From NCBI GenBank assembly GCA_963727485.1, contig CAVSGM010000011.1, positions 704,001 to 768,000 on the forward strand: DNA of 64,000 nt. Reading direction: 5' to 3'. Below the pieces are notes generated by a model. The model was given only the letters and a program-made list of their open reading frames with translations. It made no database searches and was not told the DNA's origin. This stretch comes from an uncultured delta proteobacterium. Its GTDB lineage: Bacteria > Myxococcota > Myxococcia > SLRQ01. A program made the position numbers and the translations under genes. Of the stretch, positions 51,732 to 63,355 are shown in pieces; the stretch's first letter is position 1, and every line of letters starts with the position of its first letter.

Positions 51732-52638
51732 GTGCCCGAAGCCGGTCGCCCCGGGCGGGTGCTCCAGGCGGCCCGGCGCCACGTCTGGGTGGAGACCGAC
51801 GCCGGGGTGACGCGCCTGCGGGTCCGCGGGGGCGTGGACCTGGTCCCCGGCGACCAGGTGGTCCCCGACGCCGAGGGGGTGGTGAGCCGGCGCCTCGAGC
51901 GGCGCAACCGCCTCGCCCGGCGCACCGCCCGGGAGACCCGGGTGCTGGCGGCGAACGTCGACGACCTGGCCATCGTCACCGCCGCCGGGCCCGACCGCAG
52001 CGGCGCCGGGATGATCGCCCGGTGCATCGCCGCGGCGCTGGCTGAGGGCATCACCCCGGTGGTGGTGCTCAACAAGGCCGACGCCGACGCCGCGGGGGTG
52101 CTCCCGGCCCGGGCCGAGGGGTGGCGGCGGCTGGGGTTCGAGGCCTTCGTGATCTCCGCGCGCACCGGCGCCGGCGTCGAGGCCCTCGAGGCGCGGCTCC
52201 GGGGCCGGGAGGTGGCGCTGGTGGGGGCGAGCGGGGTGGGCAAGTCGACGCTCATCAACGCCCTCCACCCCGAGGCGGCGCAGCCCACCGGAGAGGTGGA
52301 CGCCCTGGGCCACGGTCGCCACGTGACCACCCTGGGCCGCGCCATCCGCTGGCCCGGGGGCCTGCTGGTGGACCTGCCGGGGGTGCGGACCTTCGGGCTG
52401 GTGGATTCCGGCGGGGCTCGCCGCGGCCTTCCCCGACGTGGTGGCGCGGGCGGCAGGGTGCCGGTTCGCCGACTGCGCCCACGGAGGTGAGCCCGGGTGC
52501 GCGGTGACCGAGGCGGCGGAGCAGGGCGCCCTCGATCCCGAGCGCCTGGCGGTCTACCGGGCGATCCGGGAGAACCTCTCCGCCGGGGTCGAGGGGACGC
52601 GGCCGGAGCCCCCGGGACGGCGGCGCCGGCCCAGGTGA
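51732..52638 (+). CDS. rsgA: Ribosome small subunit-dependent GTPase A; frameshift at ~52406
   Basis: AANVD, NKAD, GASGVGKSTLIN, GRHVTT, DLPGVR; Zn-finger CRFADCAHGGEPGCAV in the next frame. Confidence 0.92.
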
Positions 52639-52734
52639 CCCCGGCACCGCCGGCCCGACACCCCTTGACGTCAAGGTTCGCGGTCGGGGACAAGGGCAGC
52701 CTCGGCCGGTCCGTCACGTCTCCCGGGGGAACCC

Positions 52735-53703
52735 ATGTCGCAGCACCGCTTCGCCGTCGCCGCCCTCTTCGCCAGCCTCGCCCTCGCCGCCTGCGGCGCG
52801 CCGCCGTCCAGCTCGAAGACCGGCGACACCTTCACCCCGCTCGCGCCTCCGGCGAACGGCATCCAGCTCCACATCCAGCCGTTCACCGTCAAGCCCCAGA
52901 GCGAGCGCGAGCGGTGCCGCTTCCTCAAGGCGCCGAACACCGGCCCCGGCGAGATCGTCCACGTGAAGATGAAGGGGCGCAAGGGTCTCCACCACGTGTT
53001 CGTGATGAAGGTCGCCAGCGACTACCCCGACGGTGAGGTCCCCTGCTTCGGGATCCCCGACCAGGCGATGCAGGGCATCGACATCCCCGAGCCCATCTTC
53101 GCCAGCTCCACCCTGGTGACCCAGGAGGAGGTGAGCCTGCCCCAGGACGTGGCCATCCACCTCGACCCGGGGCAGCAGCTGATCTTCGACTACCACTACG
53201 TCAACGTGACCACCCAGCCGATGACCGGCGAGATCTACCTGAACCTCGACTTCGCTCCCGCCGGCACGAAGGTGATCCCGGCGAAGGTCTTCGTCTTCGG
53301 GAACATGGACGGGATCGACATCCCCGCCCACGGCAAGCAGACCCTCAAGACCACTTGCACCTTCCCCAAGGACGAGCATGTTGTCTCGGTGACCCCCCAC
53401 ATGCACCAGCTGGGGACCGGCTTCGAGATCCAGCGCTTCGATGGGCAGCAGGACACGGGCGTCCTCTACCAGACGAGCAGCTGGGACGACCCCAAGACCA
53501 CGGTGTTCAACCCGGTGCAGGACTTTGGCGCCGGCCAGGGGATCACCTTCACCTGCAACTGGGCCAACCCCACCGACACCGCGGTGAAGTTCGGCCAGAG
53601 CTACGACGACGAGATGTGCTTCGTCTTCGGCTACTTCTACCCCGCCACCCAGAAGCTCCTGGAGCTCGACATCACCGGCGGGTGCACCCAGGACAGCCCC
53701 TGA
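52735..53703 (+). CDS. Copper type II ascorbate-dependent monooxygenase-like lipoprotein (PHM/DBH fold)
   Basis: Lipobox LAAC; CuH-like LHHV and YHYVN; CuM-like PHMH and DEMC. Confidence 0.8.
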   Translation: MSQHRFAVAALFASLALAACGAPPSSSKTGDTFTPLAPPANGIQLHIQPFTVKPQSERERCRFLKAPNTGPGEIVHVKMKGRKGLHHVFVMKVASDYPDGEVPCFGIPDQAMQGIDIPEPIFASSTLVTQEEVSLPQDVAIHLDPGQQLIFDYHYVNVTTQPMTGEIYLNLDFAPAGTKVIPAKVFVFGNMDGIDIPAHGKQTLKTTCTFPKDEHVVSVTPHMHQLGTGFEIQRFDGQQDTGVLYQTSSWDDPKTTVFNPVQDFGAGQGITFTCNWANPTDTAVKFGQSYDDEMCFVFGYFYPATQKLLELDITGGCTQDSP

Positions 53704-54653
53704 TGGGCAGGCTCGTCGACGGGCAGTGGCGCCAGGACTGGTACGAGTCCGACGACGCCGGGCAGTTCCACCGGCCGCCCACGCGTTTCCGGGACCGGGT
53801 CGAGGATCGGCCGGGCGCCCGGTTCACCCCCGAGGCCGGGCGCTACCACCTCCACGTCTCCTACGCCTGCCCCTGGGCCCATCGGACCCTGGTGGGGCGA
53901 CAGGTCCTGGGCCTTCAGGACGCCATCTCCGTGTCCGTGGTCGATCCGAAGATGGGCGACGAGGGCTGGGTCTACCCGGACGGCCGCAAGCTCCAGGACG
54001 TCTACCGCGCGGCGAAGGCCGACTACACCGGCCGGGTGACAGTGCCGGTGCTCTGGGACCGGACCGAGGAGACCATCGTCAACAACGAGTCCCGGGAGAT
54101 CCTGCGGATGCTGGACACCGCCTTCGCCGGGCTCGCCGAGGCGCCGGTGACGCTCCTCCCCGAGGGCCTCGAGGAGACGGTGGACGGGATCCTCGACGCC
54201 ATCTACGAGCCCATCAACAACGGGGTCTACCGCACCGGCTTCGCCACCTCCCAGGCGGCCTACGAGACCGCCTGCGGCGAGCTCTTCGACGCCCTCGACC
54301 ACTGGGAAGAGGTGCTCGCGGGCCAGCGCTACCTCGCCGGCGAGGTCCTCACCGAGGCCGACGTGTGCATGTACACCACGCTGGTGCGCTTCAATCTCGT
54401 CTACCACGGCCACTTCAAGTGCAACGTCCGGCGGATCCAGGACTACCCGCAGCTCTGGGGCTACCTGAAGGACCTCCACCAGACGCCGGGCTTCGCCGAG
54501 GTGACGAACCTCGAGCACATCAAGACCCACTACTACTGGTCCCAGCCCACGGTGAACCCGACGCGGATCGTGCCCGTGGGCCCCACCGTGCCCCTCGACG
54601 CGCCCCACGACCGGGATCGGCTGGGGCCGCGGAAGCTGGCGCCTCGGCGCTAG
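53703..54653 (+). CDS. yqjG: Glutathionyl-hydroquinone reductase (Xi-class GST, YqjG-like)
   Basis: MGRLVDGQW, CPWAHR, TVPVLWD, NNESREI, INNGVY, HFKCN, HIKTHYY. Confidence 0.92.
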   Translation: MGRLVDGQWRQDWYESDDAGQFHRPPTRFRDRVEDRPGARFTPEAGRYHLHVSYACPWAHRTLVGRQVLGLQDAISVSVVDPKMGDEGWVYPDGRKLQDVYRAAKADYTGRVTVPVLWDRTEETIVNNESREILRMLDTAFAGLAEAPVTLLPEGLEETVDGILDAIYEPINNGVYRTGFATSQAAYETACGELFDALDHWEEVLAGQRYLAGEVLTEADVCMYTTLVRFNLVYHGHFKCNVRRIQDYPQLWGYLKDLHQTPGFAEVTNLEHIKTHYYWSQPTVNPTRIVPVGPTVPLDAPHDRDRLGPRKLAPRR

Positions 54654-54691
54654 GTGGCTGCGGGACCGGCATCACCGGAGCGCCTGGGGGC

Positions 54692-54736
54692 TTGACCCCG
54701 GGGCCGGCTGGGTCTAGATCCGAATCAGATTCGGAT
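54692..54736 (+). promoter_or_regulatory. Sigma70-type promoter with overlapping palindromic operator (putative TetR site)
   Basis: TTGACC(54692)-17 nt-TAGATC(54715); perfect inverted repeat ATCCGAATC-A-GATTCGGAT at 54718-54736. Confidence 0.7.
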
Positions 54737-54746
54737 TCGGAGACCC

Positions 54747-55410
54747 ATGAACACCCCCCAGCAGCGCCGAAGCCAGGAGACCACCCGCCGCATCCTCGAG
54801 GCGGCGCGGGCCCTGCTCCGGGAGCGGACACTCGACGAGATCTCGGTGGCCCGGATCGCCGAACGGGCCGGAGTCTCCGTCGGTGGGTTCTACGCCCGCT
54901 ACAACAACAAGGAGGACGTGGTCGGCCACCTCTGCGACGAGGCCTTCCTCGCCGACTTCGTCGCCGAGGTCGAGGCGGAACTCGCTCCGGCGCGGTGGGC
55001 GGATGCCGGGATCCCGGACGTCCTCGATCTCTACCTGGGCCGCGCCGTCACGCTCTTCCGTGAGCAGCGGGGCCTGCTCCGGGAGATCGCGCGCCTGAAG
55101 TCGCACCAGCGCCGACCGGGCGTTCCGCGCCCGGATCGAGCGCTTCAACGTGGACACCCACCAGGCTCTGCGCTCCGTGCTCCTCGAGCATGCCTCGGAG
55201 ATCCGCCACCCGGACCCGCCGCTGGCGGTGGACCTCGGGGGGCTGATGGTCTTCGCGGTGATGCGCGAGGTGATCTTCTTTGGCGACCTGCGCCCGGACC
55301 TGCCGGCGGTCGACGACGAGACGCTCACCGCCGAGCTCACCCGGATGTTCCTGCGCTACCTGGACGTGGCCCCGCCTCGCCCGGGCCGGCGGAGGGGACG
55401 AGGGAGATGA
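54747..55410 (+). CDS. TetR/AcrR family transcriptional regulator; frameshift at ~55100
   Basis: RILEAARALL...ISVARIAERAGVSVGGFYARY..KED; C-terminal ELTRMFLRYL in another frame. Confidence 0.88.
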
Positions 55411-56891
55411 TGCGAGACCTCTGGAGACCCGAACGTGCGATTCCCCTGGTGGTCCTCCTGGCGCTGGCGATGCCGGCTCCGGTGCAGGCGGCGGCGCACC
55501 GGCACCGTGTCGCCCTGAGGCCGTGCACCGTCCCTGGGGTCCCGGGGCCAGTGCGCTGCGGGCACTACGAGGTCTACGAGAATCGCTCGACCCGACGCGG
55601 CCGGCGACTCTCCCTGAACGTCATCGTCCTCGAGGCGACCGGTGCCCACCCCGCGCCGGATCCGATTTTCTATCTCACCGGTGGCCCCGGGGAGGGGGCA
55701 AGCGACGACGCCGCCTTCTTCGGCACGCCGGCCTGGGCGCCGGTCCGACGTCATCGGGCCATCGTCCTGGTGGACCAGCGCGGCACCGGCCGTTCCCACC
55801 GCCTCACCTGCGACCTCGGGGGTGCCGGCGCCGCGGCCCGGGCGCTCTATGCCTTCGACATCTCCGCCGGTGCGCTCCGGCGCTGCCGCGACCGCCTCGC
55901 CGCGCACGCGGACCTGCGCCAGTACACCACGCCCGTCGCCATGGACGACCTCGACGAGGTGCGCGCGGCGCTGGGCTACGAACGCATCGACCTCTACGGG
56001 GCGTCCTACGGGACCCGCGCGGCCCTGGTCTACCTCCGGCGCCACCCCCGCCACGTCCGGGCGGTGATCCTCCGGGCCATCGCCCCCACGGACATGAAGG
56101 CCCTCCTGCCTTCGGCGCGGGATGCCCAGCGCGCCTTCGACGGCGTGGTCGCCGACTGCCACGCCGATGCCGGGTGCGCCGCGGCCTTTCCCCATCTCCG
56201 AAGCGAGCTGGGGGCCGTCCTGGCGCGCCTCGCGCGGGCGCCGGTGCCGGTCACGGTCCGGGACCCGGTTACCGGCCGTCCCGACCGGATCCTCCTCACC
56301 CGCGACGTGTTCGCCGGAGCGCTCACCTGGATGATGGCGGCGCCCGAGGGCGCCGCCGCGGTGCCCCGGATCCTCCAGGCGGCCGCGGCTGGCAACTTCG
56401 GCCCCATCACCACGGCGGCCATGCCCCTGGCGGTGGTCGCCGGCGGACGCTGGGGCCTGGGCATGGCGCTCGCGGTCATCTGCTCGGAGGACGCGGCCCG
56501 GATCGACCCCCACCAGGTGGCCACCGCCACCCGGGGGACGTTCATGGGCCCCGGCCGGGTGGAGAACGAGCTGCGCGTATGCCGCGGCTGGCCCCAAGGG
56601 CGCCTCCCCGAGGACTACTGGGCGCCGGTGCGATCGGCGGTGCCGGTGCTGATGATCTCCGGCCAGTACGATCCCATCGACGGCATCGAGCTGGCCCGGG
56701 AGGTGGCGCAGACGCTGCCGAACGCCCTGCAGGTGGTGGTGCCCCACGTCGGACACCACCCCCAGTTCCCCGGGTGCACCATGGCCCTGGCCACCCGCTT
56801 CCTCGACCAGGGCTCCACCCGGGGGCTGGATCCGGCGTGTGCCGCGCGGGTGCGGCGCCCCCCCTGGCGAGGGGTGCCGGCGCATCGGTAG
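55407..56891 (+). CDS. Secreted alpha/beta hydrolase, TAP-like (S33) peptidase
   Basis: Signal peptide, GGPG, DQRGTG, GASYG nucleophile, DP and GH triad residues. Confidence 0.88.
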   Translation: MMRDLWRPERAIPLVVLLALAMPAPVQAAAHRHRVALRPCTVPGVPGPVRCGHYEVYENRSTRRGRRLSLNVIVLEATGAHPAPDPIFYLTGGPGEGASDDAAFFGTPAWAPVRRHRAIVLVDQRGTGRSHRLTCDLGGAGAAARALYAFDISAGALRRCRDRLAAHADLRQYTTPVAMDDLDEVRAALGYERIDLYGASYGTRAALVYLRRHPRHVRAVILRAIAPTDMKALLPSARDAQRAFDGVVADCHADAGCAAAFPHLRSELGAVLARLARAPVPVTVRDPVTGRPDRILLTRDVFAGALTWMMAAPEGAAAVPRILQAAAAGNFGPITTAAMPLAVVAGGRWGLGMALAVICSEDAARIDPHQVATATRGTFMGPGRVENELRVCRGWPQGRLPEDYWAPVRSAVPVLMISGQYDPIDGIELAREVAQTLPNALQVVVPHVGHHPQFPGCTMALATRFLDQGSTRGLDPACAARVRRPPWRGVPAHR

Positions 56892-56909
56892 ACCCTCCGG
56901 GCGGGGCCC

Positions 56910-57356
56910 TCAGCGGGGCGGGTCCGGCGCCGGTGTCCGGGCGGCGCCCGTGGCCAGGTCCAGGGACTTGAGCATCTTCGCCCGGCGCGCCGCGTGGCGG
57001 GCGACCATGGCGTCGAAGCGCTTTGCCTGGCCGGGGTGGAGCACCGCGCGGATCTCGGTGTCACGCTTGTGGCGGATGGCCTCGAGCTGGGGGTCCATCC
57101 GCCGGAGCACCGCCGCGGTCTCGGCCCACCGGGCCTCCAGGATCTTCCGCACCGCCTCCGCCTGGGCCGGGTCGAGGCCGAGGCGCTGGCGGTAGTGCTC
57201 GGTGAGGGCCGCCGGGCCGTGGTGGCGCCACCAGGGGTGGCCGCCGCGGTGGCCCGCGAGCTGGGCGAGGCCGAAGCCCGCCGCACCCCCCACCAGGAGC
57301 AGGCCCACCGTCAGGGCCACCGCCATCCACCGCCGCCGGGTTCTCTCAGGGGCCAC
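56910..57356 (-). CDS. Periplasmic heavy-metal-sensor / Spy-CpxP-like protein
   Basis: N-terminal TM; LGLDPAQ and VLHPGQ (LTxxQ-like) motifs. Confidence 0.65.
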   Translation of the reverse strand: MAPERTRRRWMAVALTVGLLLVGGAAGFGLAQLAGHRGGHPWWRHHGPAALTEHYRQRLGLDPAQAEAVRKILEARWAETAAVLRRMDPQLEAIRHKRDTEIRAVLHPGQAKRFDAMVARHAARRAKMLKSLDLATGAARTPAPDPPR

Positions 57357-57783
57357 CGATGCCCTCCGTCGCCAGGGCCACCGCCACCTCGGTGGGATCC
57401 GAGGGGGAGACGGTGGCGGTCGAGCCATTCGGGGTGCCCAGGGCGGCGACGCCACCCCAGACCAGCACCGCGAGGACCGCCGCCGCCAGGGCCGCCCGGG
57501 CGGCGACGGGGACGAAGCGGTCGAGGAAGGACGGGGCCGGGGCGGCCTGCGCCGCCCGAAAGGCGCGCTCGGCGAGACCCTCCGGCACCGGGGTGGGGCC
57601 CGAGGCCTTCAGCGCCAGGGCGGGGACCACGCGCACCGCCAGATGGCGGCGGCACCGCTCGCAGCCGGAGAGGTGGTCCTGCACCGCGGCCAGGGTGTCG
57701 CCCTCGAGGCGCCCGGCGGCGAAGGCCGGGAGGTGCACCTTGCAGGTGTGGCAGCCCATGGGGCCGGCGGGGGTCGGGGTCAT
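57346..57783 (-). CDS. Membrane-bound zf-HC2 anti-sigma factor
   Basis: C...HLSGCERC plus one TM. Confidence 0.8.
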   Translation of the reverse strand: MTPTPAGPMGCHTCKVHLPAFAAGRLEGDTLAAVQDHLSGCERCRRHLAVRVVPALALKASGPTPVPEGLAERAFRAAQAAPAPSFLDRFVPVAARAALAAAVLAVLVWGGVAALGTPNGSTATVSPSDPTEVAVALATEGIGGP

Positions 57784-58370
57784 CGGAGCCCCTCCCGGTC
57801 GAGGCGGGCCTCGAGGCGGCGCGCCAGGAGCCGCCGGGCCCGGAAGAGGCGGGAGTCGATGGTCCCCGGGGGTACGCCGAGGGCGGCGGAGAGCTCGGGG
57901 TAGCTCATGTCCTCGACCTCCCGGAGCAGGAGGACCAGCCGGTACTTCTCGGGGAGGGCCTCGACCTCCCGGCGGACGGCGGCGGCGAGCTCGGTGCGCG
58001 CGAGGACCTCGTCGGCGAGATCGGCGTCACCGGCGACCCGGGCCAAGAGCGGGCCGAGGACGTCGTCGTCGAGGGTGTCCTCCCGGCGGCGGCGCCGGGC
58101 GCGCTGGTGGTCGTGGGCCACCGAGCGGACGATGCGGAAGAGCCAGGCCAGCGCCGCCTGGGGATCGCGCAGCTCGCCGAGGCGGCGCCAGGCGCGGACG
58201 AAGGTCTCCTGGACCACCTCCTCGGCCTCGGCGACGTCACCCGCGAGGTGCACCGCCAGGCGGTACACCGACCCGTGGGTGCGCAGGACCACCGCTCGGA
58301 AGGCGAGGGGGTCGCCCCCCTGCGCGCGGACGATCTCGTCCGCGAGGGATGCTTCGCGATCGGCGTCCAT
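57780..58370 (-). CDS. ECF RNA polymerase sigma factor
   Basis: AQGGDPLAF, EEVVQETF, WLFRI, GTIDSRLFRAR. Confidence 0.9.
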   Translation of the reverse strand: MDADREASLADEIVRAQGGDPLAFRAVVLRTHGSVYRLAVHLAGDVAEAEEVVQETFVRAWRRLGELRDPQAALAWLFRIVRSVAHDHQRARRRRREDTLDDDVLGPLLARVAGDADLADEVLARTELAAAVRREVEALPEKYRLVLLLREVEDMSYPELSAALGVPPGTIDSRLFRARRLLARRLEARLDREGLR

Positions 58371-58392
58371 GCGCTGGGAAGGTCGGTTCGCA

Positions 58393-59618
<1,226 letters not shown>

Positions 59619-59622
<4 letters not shown>

Positions 59623-60353
59623 GCCGCGTCTCCTTCGACGGCCAGAGGCGGCACCACCGCCGCCACCGCCGGGCGCGTCTCGTCGCGGATGAGGCGGCCG
59701 TCCTTCAGCTCCAACACCCGGCCGGCGTAGTCGGCGATGTCGTGCTCGTGGGTCACCAGGATCACGGTGATCCCGGCCTCCACCAGGGACTGGAAGAGGG
59801 CCATCACCTCGATGCTGGTCCGGGAGTCGAGGTTCCCGGTGGGCTCGTCGGCGAGGATCACCTGGGGCTTGGTGACCAGCGCCCGGGCGATGGCCACCCG
59901 CTGCTGCTGGCCGCCGGAGAGCTGGCTGGGGTGGTGGGCGGCGCGGTCGGCGAGGCCCACCCGGCCCAGGGCCTCGAGGGAGCGGCTCCGGCGCTCCCGG
60001 GCGGAGAAGCCCCCGTAGAGCAGCGGCAGGGAGACGTTCTCCAGGGCGCTGGTGCGGGGCAGGAGGTTGAAGCTCTGGAACACGAAGCCCAGGAACCGGT
60101 TGCGGATCTCCGCCAGGCGGTTCTTGTCCAGGCCCTCGACCTTCTCGTCGGCGAGGCGGTAGCTGCCGCTGGTCGGCCGGTCGAGGCAGCCGAGGATGTT
60201 CATCAGGGTGGACTTCCCGGAGCCCGAGGCGCCCATGATCGCCACCGAGGCCCCGGCCTCGATGGAGAGGGACACCCCGGCGAGGGCGCGCACCTGCACC
60301 TCGCCGGCGTCATAGACCTTCACCAGGTCACGTGCCTCGATGACCGCGGCCAT
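59619..60353 (-). CDS. MacB/LolD-type ABC ATP-binding protein (in frame with the upstream adaptor in this sequence)
   Basis: GASGSGKST, LSGGQQQRVAIARAL, ADEPTGNLD; own RBS GGAGG before ATG 60353. Confidence 0.92.
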
Positions 60354-61673
60354 GGTGGCCTCCTCGAGGATCCGCCCGAAGCGGCGCCGGTTGTTGCCGT
60401 TCGCGCCCGGGCCCTCCATGCCGGTGATCACCTTGTCCCCGGGCTCGAGGCCGCTCTGGATCTCGGTGACCTTGCCATCGGAGATGCCGATGCGAACCCG
60501 CACCGGCACCGGCGCCCCGTTGGCGCCGAGCTTGAAGAGCACCCGGGCGAAGCCCTGGCGCCCGGCCTCCTCCACCGCGACGCCGGTCTCGTGGCGGCCG
60601 CCGTTGCGGGCTTCACCCGCCGGCGCCGCCCTCGGCCGGTGGCGGGGGGCAGCGGCCGGGCCCACCTCCGGAGCCTGGGCCGCGAGCGCCTTCTCCAGCT
60701 CCGGCGGCGGCCGGAACCGCAGCGCGGCGTTGGGCACGGCGACCACCCCATCCTTGGAGTCGGTGACGAAGCTGACGTCGGCGGTCATCCCCGGACGCAG
60801 CTTGAGGTCGGGGTTCTTCACGGTGACCACCGCGTCGTAGGTGACCACGTTCTGCACCGTCTGGGGCGAGTAGCGGACCTGCTTCACCGTGCCCTTGAAG
60901 GTCTCGGCGGGGTAGGCGTCGACGGTGAACTCCACGGGCATGCCCTGGTGGATACGCCCGATGTCCGACTCGGCGACGCTGGTGTGCAGCTCCATCTCCT
61001 TGAGGTCCTGGGCGATGGAGAAGAGGGTCGGCGCCTGGAAGCTGGCGGCGACCGTCTGGCCCACGTCGACGTTCCGGGAGATGACCACCCCGTCGATGGG
61101 GGAGACGATGGTGGTGTAGCCGAGGTTGGTCTGGGCCTGGTCGAGGGCGGCGCGGGCCTGGGCCACCGAGGCCCCGGCGGACTCGAGCTGGGCCTTCGCC
61201 TGGTCGAAGTTCGCCTGGGCGGTGTCCGCCTCGGACTGGGCGGCGAGGTGGCGGGCGGCGAGGTCGGCGGCGCGCTTCGCCTGGCGGCCGGCGTCCTTGA
61301 GGGCCGCCTTCGCCCGGGTCACCCCGGCGCGGGCGGCGGTGAGGTTGGCCTTGGCCTTGGCCACGTCGGAGTTGAAGAACCGGGGGTCGATCCGGGCGAT
61401 GACCTCACCCTTGTGGACCGGGGAGTTGAAGTCCACGTTGAGGGCCTGGATGCGGCCGGAGACCTGGCTGCCCACGTCCACGGTGTAGAGGGGCGAGAGG
61501 GTCCCGGTGGCGGTCACCCGGGACTCGATGTGGGCCCGGGTCACCTTCGCGGTCTGGAACTTGAGGTCCGCGGTGGGGCTCTTCCGGAGCATCCCCCAGG
61601 CCCCGAGCGTCCCCCCGAGGACCACCACGCCCACCGCCACCGCCACGAGCCACCGTCTGGTCTTCTGTTCCAC
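60354..61673 (-). CDS. MacA-like periplasmic adaptor (membrane fusion protein); no stop before the ATPase
   Basis: N-terminal TM, VGSQVSGRI, SPIDGVVISRNVDVGQTVAASFQAPTLF, LRPGMTA. Confidence 0.9.
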
Positions 61674-61725
61674 GCGCTTGCCTCCGTCGATGGGCGGAGG
61701 ACGCCGGCGGGGCCCGGATCCTTCC

Positions 61726-63355
61726 CTATTTCTTCGCCCCGGGATCCGGGGGCGGGCCGGTGCCCCCGGGGGCGGGCCCGAGGATCCGCCGGGCGAGCCC
61801 CGCGGCGACGGCGGCCGGGGTCAGGTGGTCGAGGTCCACCCGGGCGTTGGCGGCGCGCATGGTCCGGACGTCGATGGCCCCCACCAGGGGCCGGAGGGCG
61901 TCCAGGACCCCGGGCCGCCCCGCCGCCGCCCGGCCGACCAGGATCACCGCGTCGTAGGGCGGGAAGGCGTGGCGCGGGTCCCCGAGCACCCGGAGGTGGT
62001 CGGCGGCGATGCGCCCGTCGCTGGAGAAGGCGGTGATCACGTCCACGTCGCCCTGGACCACCGCCCGGTACAGGAAGGTGGGGATCGAAGGTGACCTGCC
62101 TTCGGAACCGGAGGCCATAGAGGCGCTCGAGGCGGGTCCACTCCGGGCGGCTGAAGAACTCGTAGTCGCTGCCGAGGGCGAGGGTCGGCGCCCGGGGGGC
62201 GAGGTCGGCGATGGTGTGCACCCCCAGGGCCGCCGCCCAATCCTGGCGCATGGCCAGGGCGTAGGCGTTCTCGAAGCCCAGGCGCCCGACGGTGGTGATC
62301 CCGTGCCGCGTCTTCGCCCACGCCGCCACCGCCCGGTAGACCGCGTCCGGGGAGGCGACGTCGTGGCGCTTCAGCTCGTTGGCCCAGAGGGTCCCGGTGT
62401 AGTCCACGTAGACGTCGAGGTCCCCGTGGGCCAGGGCGTCGAAGATCACCGTCGAGCCCAGGTCCTGCTTCTCCACGGTGGCCAGGCCCCGGCGGTGGAG
62501 GGCCCGGGCCATGAGGTCCGCCAGGACGTACTGCTCGGTGAAGTTCTTGGCGCCGATGCGCACCGGGCGCCTGGGGGCGGCGCCGCCGAGGTGGGGCAGG
62601 GCGGCGGCGACCGCGAAGGCCACGAGAAAGAGCCCCGCCAGCGCCGCCCGGAGCCGGCTGCGCCTCGCCGCCGCGGACTCCAGGAGGGCGAGGGTGGCGT
62701 CCAGGGCGATGGCCAGCGCCGCGGCAGCGACGCACCCGACCACCACCGAGGTCCAGTTGCGGGTCTGGAGGCCGCTGAAGATGTAGTTGCCCAGGCTGGT
62801 CTGCCCCACCGGCGTGGAGAGGGTGGCGATGCCGACGGTCCACACGGTGGCGGTGCGGACCCCAGCGAGGATCACCGGCGCCGCCAGGGGCAGCTGCACC
62901 TGGCGCAGGACCTGCCCCGGGGTCATCCCCAGGCCCTCGGCGGCCTCGATCAACGCCGGGTCGACGCCGAGGATCCCGGTGACCGTGTTCCGGAGCACCG
63001 GGAGGATGGCGTAGAGGGTCAGGGCGATCACCGCCGGCCAGAACCCGAAGGCCGACACCGAGGTGCCGGTGAGCCGGCCGGCGAGGACGAAGACCGGCAC
63101 CATCAGGGCGAGGAGCGCCAGCCCGGGGATGGTCTGGATGACCCCTGCGACGGTGAGCACCGGCCACCGGAGGGCCCGGACCCGCACCGCGGCGATGGCC
63201 AGCGGCACCGAGAGGCAGACCCCGGCGGTCAGCGCCACCAGGGTGAGGGTGAGGTGGTCGGCGAGGCGCTCCGGGAGCATCGCCAGGGCCCGGGCCAGCG
63301 CCGGGGAGCCGAGCCAGGCGAGCGGGCCCGCGGCGAGGGCGCCGAGGCCGCTCAC
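61726..63355 (-). CDS. Osmoprotectant (glycine betaine/choline) ABC permease fused to substrate-binding domain; frameshift at ~62082
   Basis: QTIPGLALLALM, EAA loop LIEAAEGLGM, IGAKNFTEQ, YVDYTGT, FPPYDA. Confidence 0.9.
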
